The notes beneath the pieces were generated by a model, which saw only the letters and a program-made list of their open reading frames with translations, searched no databases and was not told the DNA's origin. Positions 1-7,124 of a stretch of 9,656 nucleotides of DNA are shown in pieces. This DNA comes from a virus (lineage: Duplodnaviria; Heunggongvirae; Uroviricota; Caudoviricetes). Positions within the stretch are counted from its first letter, which is position 1; each line of letters begins with the position of its first letter. Both the position numbers and the translations under genes were made by a program. The stretch lies in the IMG/VR virus record IMGVR_UViG_2663762849_000015; one strand, 5' to 3'.

Positions 1-494
1 CCGGGAAACAGCGCACCGTCCGTCTCAGTCGGTGTCGCCAGCACAAACGAGGCCGTCATGGCTGTCAGCTCCGACATCTGCTCCACCACCCAGCGGTCAC
101 TCAGCTCCTGCTCCGGGTCCGCCTCCGGATTGCCCGCAACGAAATTCACCGCATCCAGAAAACGGGCATACACCCGGCGGCGGACCACCGTGGCCCCCAC
201 CAGGCTCTGCAAATCCTCCGCCATTCCGGTGACAAGACCAAACAGATTGGACACCGTCAGCAACGGTCTGGCACTGCTGCCCTTCCCGCTCATCTCAAAA
301 CCGCTACCGTCAATCGGGTATGCCTGATATTGCCGCCCCTGCCAGGTGACCGGCTCCCCTTTTTCATTCAGCTCATTGCAGAAAAAATACCGCTCACCGC
401 CCTGCACCGTCAGGTCGATTTCCCAGAGCACCACCCGCGGTGACTGCTCTGATTTAACCGACTCGTTCAGACTTTCTTCGTGAATATCCTGCAT
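1..494 (-). CDS. L: Minor tail protein L (lambda gpL-like), N-terminal ~164 codons; 3' end lies beyond the window start
   Basis: Not in the ORF track because it runs off the window edge. Hand translation of the minus strand from ATG at 494..492 gives MQDIHEESLNESVKSEQSPRVVLWEIDLTVQGGERYFFCNELNEKGEPVTWQGRQYQAYPIDGSGFEMSGKGSSARPLLTVSNLFGLVTGMAEDLQSLVGATVVRRRVYARFLDAVNFVAGNPEADPEQELSDRWVVEQMSELTAMTASFVLATPTETDGALFP with no stop, closely matching my recollection of lambda gpL (MQDIRQETLNE...VVLWEIDLT...GGERYFFCNE...). Sits downstream of M in lambda gene order. Confidence 0.85.
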   Translation of the reverse strand, partial: MQDIHEESLNESVKSEQSPRVVLWEIDLTVQGGERYFFCNELNEKGEPVTWQGRQYQAYPIDGSGFEMSGKGSSARPLLTVSNLFGLVTGMAEDLQSLVGATVVRRRVYARFLDAVNFVAGNPEADPEQELSDRWVVEQMSELTAMTASFVLATPTETDGALFP

Positions 495-504
495 ATATCC
501 GCCC

Positions 505-530
505 ATAAAAAAGGGGCGCAGACGCGCCCC
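505..530 (-). terminator. Rho-independent terminator ending the porin cassette, immediately upstream of L
   Basis: Plus 513-530 is GGGGCGC-agac-GCGCCCC, a perfect 7-bp GC stem with 4-nt loop. On the minus strand the hairpin is followed directly by TTTTTTAT (plus 505-512 ataaaaaa). About 175 nt downstream of the porin stop and ~12 nt upstream of the L start. Confidence 0.65.
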
Positions 531-625
531 GAACAATAAAAGTCCAATTTAAAATAAAACCAATAAAGGTAATAACAGAAAGTTAAATCAGCACATGCCA
601 GATGGCAATTGCTGATCGCAGTGAC

Positions 626-648
626 CAATGAAAACTGTGTTTTCATTG
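626..648. repeat. Perfect 10-bp inverted repeat with 3-nt spacer (caatgaaaac-tgt-gttttcattg) in the porin 3' region; function unknown
   Basis: Read directly from the sequence: arms 626-635 and 639-648 are exact reverse complements. Lies in the untranslated stretch between the porin stop (704) and the terminator (505-530). Could be an RNA hairpin or a dimeric protein-binding site. Confidence 0.6.
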
Positions 649-703
649 ATACAGGCCGCCTGTAAGGGCAGACGGCCCGTATTTATTAACTTATCAGCAA
701 TAA

Positions 704-1867
704 TCAGAACTGATAAGTCATACCCACAGCAACGATATTATCTGTCGCAACACCGGCTTTCCGGGTAAATTCACTTTCATCAATCAGGTTAATTTTATAA
801 TCAACATAGGTGGACATATTCTTGTTAAAGTAATAAGTCGCTCCGACATCAATATATTTAACCAGATCCTGATCGCCATGGTTCACACCACCAACCATAA
901 CATCCTGTCCGCGGGACTGAAGGTAGGCCAGGGACGGGCGCAGACCAAAATCAAACTGATACTGCAGTACCGCTTCAAAGTTTTGCGCTTTATCTGCAAC
1001 TCCTTTATCACCAAAGGTCGTCAGATTCTGAGTTTCGGAATATGTTGTAGCCAGGTAAAGGTTGTCAGCATCGTATTTTAGTCCGACTCCCCACATCTCA
1101 GCGTGTTTACCTTTTGCAACACTACCGGAATCAACAACGATCTGCTTTTCAGTCACTTTACCGGTTAAAGGATCAGTTTGTTCAATCGTCAGAGTACCAT
1201 TCAGACCTTTTTCCTGATTATTGGTTCGGTCCGCATTAATATATGCGGCAACGATACCAAAACCTTCATATTCATAACTGGCTGAGAAACCGTGACCATC
1301 ACCATTAGCTTTCCGGAGATCACCCCGATCATTTTTACCCTGGTACTGTGCCGCAAAATTCAGGCCATCGACAAGCCCAAAGAAATCTGTATTACGATAG
1401 GTTAATACCCCGGAAGTACGGGCTGTCATGAAGTTATCGGTCTGGGTCCAGCCATCACCGCCAAACTCTGGTAATACGTCAGTATAAGAACCAACATCGT
1501 ACGCAATACCATAGTTACGACCATAATCAATGGTGCCAAACTCACCAAACTTCAGACCTGCAAATGCAAGACGGGTTTTATTACCCGCAGCACCCTCTGA
1601 TTCAGCTTTATTACCAGAGAACTGATATTCCCACTGACCAAAACCAGTCAACTGGTCATTAATCTGAGTTTCACCTTTAAAGCCCAGACGTGCGTATGTC
1701 TTATCTCCATCATCCCCCTTATCACTGGAGAAATAATGGAGTGCAGTTGCACGCCCATACACATCAAGTTTATTGCCATCTTTATTGTATACTTCTGCAG
1801 CCTGCGCCCCCGCTGCAAAAATTACAGCTGCTGCCACAGCTGAAAGTGCCACTGTCATTTTTTTCAT
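704..1867 (-). CDS. Outer membrane general porin, OmpC/OmpF/PhoE family (phage-borne NmpC/Lc/OmpD-like), apparently intact
   Basis: 387-aa ORF with ATG start at 1867 and AAGGA Shine-Dalgarno ~8 nt upstream. N-terminal signal peptide [23 protein letters not shown] followed by [15 protein letters not shown]. Porin hallmarks: [63 protein letters not shown]-terminal ...VAVGMTYQF ending in Phe. Visibly lower GC than the flanking phage genes. Confidence 0.93.
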   Translation of the reverse strand: MKKMTVALSAVAAAVIFAAGAQAAEVYNKDGNKLDVYGRATALHYFSSDKGDDGDKTYARLGFKGETQINDQLTGFGQWEYQFSGNKAESEGAAGNKTRLAFAGLKFGEFGTIDYGRNYGIAYDVGSYTDVLPEFGGDGWTQTDNFMTARTSGVLTYRNTDFFGLVDGLNFAAQYQGKNDRGDLRKANGDGHGFSASYEYEGFGIVAAYINADRTNNQEKGLNGTLTIEQTDPLTGKVTEKQIVVDSGSVAKGKHAEMWGVGLKYDADNLYLATTYSETQNLTTFGDKGVADKAQNFEAVLQYQFDFGLRPSLAYLQSRGQDVMVGGVNHGDQDLVKYIDVGATYYFNKNMSTYVDYKINLIDESEFTRKAGVATDNIVAVGMTYQF

Positions 1868-2073
1868 GATTTAATCCTTATTTAAACTGAACTATTCATG
1901 CATAGAGATGTCATGAACAAAACTCAAAATATTGTAAATTAAATTACGGGTTCAATTTTTATTTTGTTTCAAAATGTAAAAAAACAACTTTGATAGCACT
2001 TTATGTCAAGACAAAACAAAAATAACAAGCAAGCAAATTAATAAACGATGCTTTTAGGTTTTTTCTCAAAAAC
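1868..2073 (-). promoter_or_regulatory. AT-rich upstream regulatory region of the porin gene with candidate sigma70 promoter and an OmpR-box-like sequence
   Basis: 206-bp AT-rich non-coding gap between the M stop (2074) and the porin ATG (1867). Minus-strand TTTACATTTTGAAACAAAAT (plus 1961-1980) resembles the OmpR-binding C1 site I recall from ompC (TTTACATTTTGAAACATCTA). Candidate -35 TTGAAC (plus 1950-1955) and -10 TATTTT (plus 1926-1931) with 18-bp spacer; a consensus TTGACA hexamer also at plus 2004-2009. Exact promoter elements are not resolved. Confidence 0.5.
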
Positions 2074-2415
2074 TTATCTTATTACCTGTTCCATCATACA
2101 ACTGAAATCGCTGTACCGGGCGTTATCCGTAACACTCCACTCCCGGCACACCACCCTGACCGTCCGGTTATGTTTCGGGGGCTTCCACAAAAAAGCCCGG
2201 TAACCACCATGCCATGACAGAAACGCGGACAGTGCCTCCCGCTCAGCATCCGTTGTCACCCGAAAAACCACCTGAAAGGTCTTCAGTTGCGCATTCAGTC
2301 CTGCCGGACGACGTTGCTGATAACCGTCGCCAAACTTCACCGTCATCACCGACGGTTTCTCCGTCACCTGCATCCCTTCCCGGGGACACCAGTGAAGGGT
2401 CTTAATCTCATCCAC
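2074..2415 (-). CDS. M: Minor tail protein M (lambda gpM-like)
   Basis: 113 aa; ...IKTLHWCPREGMQVTEKPSVMTVKFGDGYQQRRPAGLNAQLKTFQV...FLWKPP... aligns with my recollection of lambda gpM (MKTFRWKVKPGMDV...VRFGDGYSQRAPAGLNANLKTY...FLWTPP). Start is GTG at 2415 preceded by GGAGG; it overlaps the 3' end of the tape measure gene. Confidence 0.9.
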   Translation of the reverse strand: MDEIKTLHWCPREGMQVTEKPSVMTVKFGDGYQQRRPAGLNAQLKTFQVVFRVTTDAEREALSAFLSWHGGYRAFLWKPPKHNRTVRVVCREWSVTDNARYSDFSCMMEQVIR

Positions 2416-5400
2416 TCAGCATTCCTCCGTCACGACGCATGGATAACATCACCGCCTGTACCCGCTGGTCAATCAGCTGCACAAGACTGCCTGCCGCCTC
2501 CGGCCCTATCTGTCCGTTAGCCCCGTCATTCTGAATGGCGATATGGTAGACCGGGGAATACACCAGACCGGCACTGCCGTTCATACTGCCCACCGCGCGT
2601 ACACCCAGCGAGCCATCCGCCGCCCGGGTCAGGGGCATTATGGCTTCAGGTCCTGCTTCCCCCATCAGCCCGGCCCCTTTTGCAAAGGCAAAGTACGTGG
2701 GCGTATCCACAATACTGTTGCTGTACGCGCTCAGGTTTGCCGAGGTATACACGCCGCCTTTTGCATTGGCCACCGCACCGCCCAGCCAGTCACCAATGCT
2801 GCCAATAAATCCTCCTGCACCGGACATACTGTTTGCCGCCGTCTTAATTCCGTTGACAATCGCGGCATTCATAAGAACTTTTGATATTTCCTGCAGCACT
2901 GATGAGGCCCAGTTGCGCCATTCCACTTTATTCCCGTTCAGCATCTCCGTGATGTTATTCACCATCCCTGAGATACCCTCCGTCGCAAGCTGTGCTGCCT
3001 GTGAGGCGTAATCGGACGCATTATCCACCCAGTTACTGAGCCCCTCCTGCAAGCCTTTCTGCCAGTCCGCACGCTGCACATCCGATTCGGCATAAAAGGC
3101 TGCCTGGTCCTTAAGGCGTTCGCTCAGATACTGCGCGTTCTGTGCCCGTGCCTGTCTGTAAAAATCCTCACTGATATCCCCGGCCTGATACTGAGACTGA
3201 AGGTCCGCATCCTTCTGGCGGAAGCTGTCGCGGATCTGCTGCAACTCCCGCATGCGTTCCCTGGCTCGTTCTCCCTGCCCGTACCCCAGCAGTTCGGCTT
3301 CATTTGATGCACGCGCAGCCACATTATCATTCTTCAGGGTCTCTTCCCGGGATCGCAACTGTTCCCGGATTTTTTGCTGGTCAATCAGGGCCGCGTTACG
3401 CAGCAGTTCCTGCTTCTGCATCTCCGTCAGGGTTTTCAGTTCGCCCTGCGCAGTCTGGTACTTCAGCTTCACCAGCTCTGTATTCTGACCCGCCAGTGCC
3501 AGTTGCTCTTTCTGCTGCTTCAGTAGCCGGGAAAAACTGTCTTCCGCTTTTTCCGTCTCTGATTTTCCACCCCGGGATTTGGGTTTGTTCGCCTCGTTAT
3601 TACGCCAGGCTTCCAGAGCATTACTGATATAACGCTGTCTCGCCTCCTGATACGAATCCCCCACAAAACCAAGGTCATCCGCCGCATACCCCAGCCGGGC
3701 ACGCTCTTTTTCCTCCCCCTTCAGTCGGGACAGGGCCAGCTCACGTTCTGTTTTTGTCAGGGCGCTCTGCTGTTTATCATCCAGGGTGGCCTGCGGCAGC
3801 CGTAACGGTACATTCACCAGTCCCTGACGCTGCTGAAGCAGTTCATTCCCCAGCCCCAGCAGACGGTTGAATTCCGTATGCTGGCCGTTCATGACCAGCA
3901 GTGACTGATACGCTTTATTCTGCTCTGCCGCCTGCTGACGAATTAACGCCACACGGCGATCTTCCAGTCCGGCAAGCACATCCTGAATGGACTGCGCCTT
4001 TTCCTGCATCTGTGCCAGACGGGACTGCTCAACAGCAAGCTGCTCTGTTGCCTGAGCAAGCCCTTCCGTTACAGTTTTCACCGAGGTCAGATGGTTTATC
4101 ATGAATCCGTCACCGGTCGTCCAGCCCGGGTTCGCCAGAACATACTGATATCCTGCGATTTTTTCCTGCAGGGATTTCACCCGACTGGCCTGTTCATCAA
4201 TCAGCCGGTTCTGCTCTGTCAGCGCCGCCCGTGTTCGTCCTTCATTATCTGAGGCTTCAGGCAAAGACATTGACGGCGTTTTATGCGCGATTTCATCTAT
4301 CGTCAGTGCATACTGGCGCGCTGACTCCCTGGCCTGCTCCTGATTCTGGTACAGCGTATACCATGCTGCTGCCCCCAGCATCACCAGTCCGGGTACGCCA
4401 CCAACCAGTCCCAACGCACCAGTCATCAGACGTGAGCCCACCGCCGTTGTACTGTTCAGCGCATTCTGGGCTGCGGTTCTGGCAGCAATATTTCTGTTCA
4501 GGCGTTCCTGTGTGGCCGCCAGACGGGCTTCTGCAGCAATCTGCATCTCCGTCCCGCGGGCTGCCGCCACAGCCTGCTGTGCACGGTACACGGCTGCCCT
4601 TGCCCGCGCCGTGGCAATCTGCGTCCCCCTGAGCTGTGCTTCCGCCAGTGCCACTTCATTACGTGCTGCCGTCACAAGTCCTGCCGTGGCAGACACCGCT
4701 CCGGAGGCCATATTGCCAAAGTACCGGGCAACCCCGACGGCAACCAGCGCCCCCGCTGCTGTTGCCACATTATCAATATTACCGGCAACACCGTTCAGCA
4801 CGCCGGAGAGCGTTTTCGTCGCTCCGCTGGCTTCATTCGCGCCACCCACCCAGGCCATAAAGGCGTTTTCCACCTTTGTGATCCCGTCAGAGACCGTTTC
4901 CGGCATGGCGGCATATTCATCACGCAATACCCCCAGCTGGCTGATTAACGCAGGAACGACTTTATCCGCCGTCAGTTTGCCGTCGTCCGCCATCGCCTTA
5001 AGGTCTTTACGGGCCACGCCCATACCCGCAGCCAGTGCACGTATGATCCGGTCTCCGCTTTCATTGACCGAATTAAATTCCTCACCCCGTAACACACCCT
5101 GTGCCAGCGCCTGGCTGAACTGGGTGATCACCGAGCCCGCCTCTGCCGTACTGGCACCGGAGATTTTCAGCCCCGTGGAAATGGCCTCCGTCACCTTCAG
5201 TACATCACCGGCACTGTAGCCATATTCACGCATTGAGGCTGCCGAGCGGGCAAACAGGGCCGCATTATCTGAAAATGCCGTGCCCGTCCGCTGGCTGATA
5301 TCCATCAGCACTTTCTGTGATGACGAAAATTCATCGGATGACTGCGACGCCTGTTTCAGTCGGGCATTCACGGAACTCCATTCATCGGCCAGAGAAATCA

Positions 5401-5650
5401 GGTGTCCGGTGGCAAAGGCACCTGCAAATGCCCCCGCCGTTCCGGCAGCTGAAGCGCGGATTTCCGTCAACTGGCTGTTCAGCTCAGCCAGGGCGCGTCG
5501 CTGCTCCCGGGCGACTGCGGCAGCCTGACGCCCGCCATTCTGCAGGGTCCGGTAATATTCACTGCCCATGCGGGCAGCCCGCTGGATCTCCGACTGGAAT
5601 GACTGCGAATTTGCCGAAATTTTGATAATCAGTTCACGTAACGTCGCCAT
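2408..5650 (-). CDS. H: Tail length tape measure protein (lambda gpH-like)
   Basis: 1080-aa ORF with ATG at 5650 preceded by GGAGAAAGG. Long Ala/Gln/Glu-rich, predicted coiled-coil sequence with a central hydrophobic Gly-rich segment (LMTGALGLVGGVPGLVMLGAAAWYTLY). Positioned between the G/GT chaperone and M as in lambda. Confidence 0.93.
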   Translation of the reverse strand: MATLRELIIKISANSQSFQSEIQRAARMGSEYYRTLQNGGRQAAAVAREQRRALAELNSQLTEIRASAAGTAGAFAGAFATGHLISLADEWSSVNARLKQASQSSDEFSSSQKVLMDISQRTGTAFSDNAALFARSAASMREYGYSAGDVLKVTEAISTGLKISGASTAEAGSVITQFSQALAQGVLRGEEFNSVNESGDRIIRALAAGMGVARKDLKAMADDGKLTADKVVPALISQLGVLRDEYAAMPETVSDGITKVENAFMAWVGGANEASGATKTLSGVLNGVAGNIDNVATAAGALVAVGVARYFGNMASGAVSATAGLVTAARNEVALAEAQLRGTQIATARARAAVYRAQQAVAAARGTEMQIAAEARLAATQERLNRNIAARTAAQNALNSTTAVGSRLMTGALGLVGGVPGLVMLGAAAWYTLYQNQEQARESARQYALTIDEIAHKTPSMSLPEASDNEGRTRAALTEQNRLIDEQASRVKSLQEKIAGYQYVLANPGWTTGDGFMINHLTSVKTVTEGLAQATEQLAVEQSRLAQMQEKAQSIQDVLAGLEDRRVALIRQQAAEQNKAYQSLLVMNGQHTEFNRLLGLGNELLQQRQGLVNVPLRLPQATLDDKQQSALTKTERELALSRLKGEEKERARLGYAADDLGFVGDSYQEARQRYISNALEAWRNNEANKPKSRGGKSETEKAEDSFSRLLKQQKEQLALAGQNTELVKLKYQTAQGELKTLTEMQKQELLRNAALIDQQKIREQLRSREETLKNDNVAARASNEAELLGYGQGERARERMRELQQIRDSFRQKDADLQSQYQAGDISEDFYRQARAQNAQYLSERLKDQAAFYAESDVQRADWQKGLQEGLSNWVDNASDYASQAAQLATEGISGMVNNITEMLNGNKVEWRNWASSVLQEISKVLMNAAIVNGIKTAANSMSGAGGFIGSIGDWLGGAVANAKGGVYTSANLSAYSNSIVDTPTYFAFAKGAGLMGEAGPEAIMPLTRAADGSLGVRAVGSMNGSAGLVYSPVYHIAIQNDGANGQIGPEAAGSLVQLIDQRVQAVMLSMRRDGGMLSG

Positions 5651-5668
5651 TCACCTTTCTCCGGGCGT

Positions 5669-5689
5669 AAAAAAACCGCCTCAGCGGTT
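5669..5689 (-). terminator. Terminator-like hairpin plus U-run between GT stop and tape measure start (possible attenuator)
   Basis: Minus strand reads AACCGC-UGAG-GCGGUU followed by a U-run (plus 5669-5675 is aaaaaaa): 6-bp stem, 4-nt loop. Lies between the T-frame stop (5698-5700) and the H Shine-Dalgarno. Confidence 0.4.
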
Positions 5690-5697
5690 CTCATCAT

Positions 5698-6377
5698 TCA
5701 TGACTGTGCTGCAAAGCTCAGCGCGTCTTCCAGCGCCGCAAACGGATCCACCTCCGGCTTATCCTCATCCTCGCCCCAGCAGAGCATGGCGTCCTTCAGT
5801 GCAACATTCATCCCCTGTGCCCCGAAAACCGCTTTCACGATCTGTGCATTACGGATATCCCCGCGCTCATCACCCAGCGGGGATACCCTGTCGAACTCCA
5901 TCCACATCATCGCCTCGCTCGCACTCAGGCTGTGCCGCAGTTCGGATAAGGTGCGCCCCAGACGGAGCGCAAGTCGCATCAGAAAGCGAATTTCCGGGCG
6001 GGCTACTTTTTTCTGGCCGACTCTGCATCAGCGATCAGTTCCAGTGCCTGACGCAGCAACCGGGCATGTACCGGACCATAGACGGCCAGCACCTGCTCAC
6101 GGTCGTCCGGAGTGAACACCCGTTGCAGGTCAGTATCACACAGGACATCGCAGAACAGCGTCACATCCGCTTCCAGGTTACGGCGGGTTTTCGCCACCAC
6201 CGACAGGGTATCGTCATCCTCTCCATCACCATTGAGCACTTCCTGCCACAGATACCAGGCCTCTGCCGAAGGCTCCCGCAGCACCACGCTGACATTTCTC
6301 CATTCCGGCACCTTCACCGTTTTATGACGGAACCCCGACAGTCTGGCCAGCGCCAGTGTTTTCAGATCCTTTTTCAT
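5698..6377 (-). CDS. Tail assembly chaperone GT fusion made by programmed -1 ribosomal frameshift (G frame 6377..~6009, then T frame to 5698)
   Basis: The T reading frame (ORF-track fragment 5698..5979) is open upstream to 6027 and overlaps the G 3' end in the -1 frame. The overlap contains the heptamer A AAA AAG (minus strand, plus coordinates 6012..6006) positioned as X XXY YYZ in the G frame. A slip gives ...ESARKK-VARPEIRFLMRLALRLG... This matches the conserved G/GT frameshift architecture of long-tailed phages. Confidence 0.75.
6003..6377 (-). CDS. G: Tail assembly chaperone G (zero-frame product)
   Basis: The ORF track gives 6003..6425, but the first 16 codons overlap the V gene 3' end. 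The likely start is the internal ATG at 6377 (MKKDLKTLALARLSGF...), preceded by AAGGGGA and lying 14 nt after the V stop. Ends ...ESARKK-TAG at the slippery site. Position between V and H matches lambda G. Confidence 0.75.
   Translation of the reverse strand: MKKDLKTLALARLSGFRHKTVKVPEWRNVSVVLREPSAEAWYLWQEVLNGDGEDDDTLSVVAKTRRNLEADVTLFCDVLCDTDLQRVFTPDDREQVLAVYGPVHARLLRQALELIADAESARKK
6006..6012 (-). other. -1 frameshift slippery heptamer A_AAA_AAG
   Basis: Plus 6006-6012 ctttttt is AAAAAAG on the minus strand; zero-frame codons are AAA AAG followed by TAG stop, and the -1 frame continues open for ~100 codons. Confidence 0.7.
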
Positions 6378-6391
6378 GATGACCCATCCCC

Positions 6392-7108
6392 TTATCCGGC
6401 GGCTGCGCTCACTGTCACGGTGCATTCAAAAGACGTCACACTCTGTGCTTTCTCTGCCGAATCGGTCACCACGCAGGTATATTTCCCCGCATCAGCGGAC
6501 TGCGCACCTGGCTTACTGAAGGTGTCTGTCGTCTGACCGTCAACCGGCTGACCATCCTTCTTCCAGGCGTATTTATACGGCGGCGTTCCCCCGTTGGCAC
6601 TGACTGACATTGTCAGCAGCGCACCGGTATTCACGGTAAGTGTCTTATCCAGATTTTTCCCAAACGCCAGCGGTACCACAAAGGACACCGGTTTGCCTTT
6701 CAGACGCAGTGAAAACGTTGCTGCCACCACGCCGTTGGTACCGGATGACCAGGTGTGCTGACGCACTTCCGCCAGGAACTTAAAGCCCTTACCGGACGGA
6801 AACAGCACCTTAAACGCATACAACGCGTCATTGTCATAGGCATCACGCAGGGCGTTCTGGGCCTGATTCAGATAAAAATTACCCGACATGGAAATCTCGG
6901 ACGACGCCCCCAGACCGTTGATGTTCTCCTGCTCTGTGGAGCAGAGCGTGGTCACATCAATATCCTGTTTCTGACCGGCGGTGAACTGGACTTCCTTGAT
7001 AGTGCAGTCCAGGCGCAGATATTCCGCCTTATCCATAGTTTCAGCAGTCGCCGGGGCAGATGAAATCATCACCTGCGTCAGCTGTGAGCGTTCATACAAA
7101 GCAGACAT
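6392..7108 (-). CDS. V: Major tail (tube) protein, gpV-equivalent, with C-terminal Ig-like domain
   Basis: 238 aa; ATG at 7108 with perfect AGGAGG Shine-Dalgarno (plus 7113-7118 cctcct). Located between the tail-terminator-like gene and G. C-terminal ~80 aa (GTPPYKYAWKKDGQPVDGQTTDTFSKPGAQSADAGKYTCVVTDSAEKAQSVTSFECTVTV) has the Ig I-set-like pattern seen on phage tail proteins. Confidence 0.85.
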   Translation of the reverse strand: MSALYERSQLTQVMISSAPATAETMDKAEYLRLDCTIKEVQFTAGQKQDIDVTTLCSTEQENINGLGASSEISMSGNFYLNQAQNALRDAYDNDALYAFKVLFPSGKGFKFLAEVRQHTWSSGTNGVVAATFSLRLKGKPVSFVVPLAFGKNLDKTLTVNTGALLTMSVSANGGTPPYKYAWKKDGQPVDGQTTDTFSKPGAQSADAGKYTCVVTDSAEKAQSVTSFECTVTVSAAAG

Positions 7109-7124
7109 TCTGCCTCCTGATAAT

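Noticed and set aside
32-327. Plus-strand ORFs 32..232 and 58..327
   Set aside because: Antisense to the L coding sequence; Pro-rich low-complexity translations; no support.
504-506. Upstream in-frame ATG (MGGYMQDIH...) as the L start
   Set aside because: It lies within the terminator U-run with no room for an RBS; the second ATG at 494 matches the lambda gpL N-terminus (MQDI...).
4512-5219. Plus-strand ORF of 235 aa (and neighbours 4231..4632, 4636..4860, 3304..3627) inside the tape measure gene
   Set aside because: Antisense to a well-supported 1080-aa gene; Ala/Pro/Ser/Arg-rich low-complexity translation typical of the opposite strand of GC-rich coding DNA; no RBS or genomic context.
5698-5979. 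T-like ORF as an independently initiated 93-aa gene
   Set aside because: Its frame is open upstream to 6027 and overlaps the G stop at a perfect A AAA AAG slippery heptamer; a -1 frameshift GT fusion explains it better than independent initiation at 5979.
6378-6425. N-terminal extension of the G ORF as listed in the ORF track (MHRDSERSRRIRGWVI...)
   Set aside because: The extension overlaps the last 11 codons of V and lacks an RBS, whereas the internal ATG at 6377 has AAGGGGA upstream and sits just after the V stop; the shorter start is preferred.
5568-6536. Plus-strand ORF of 322 aa spanning the H start, T, G and V 3' end
   Set aside because: Crosses four well-supported minus-strand genes in antisense; Pro/Arg/Ser-rich composition; almost certainly a stop-codon-poor antisense artefact.
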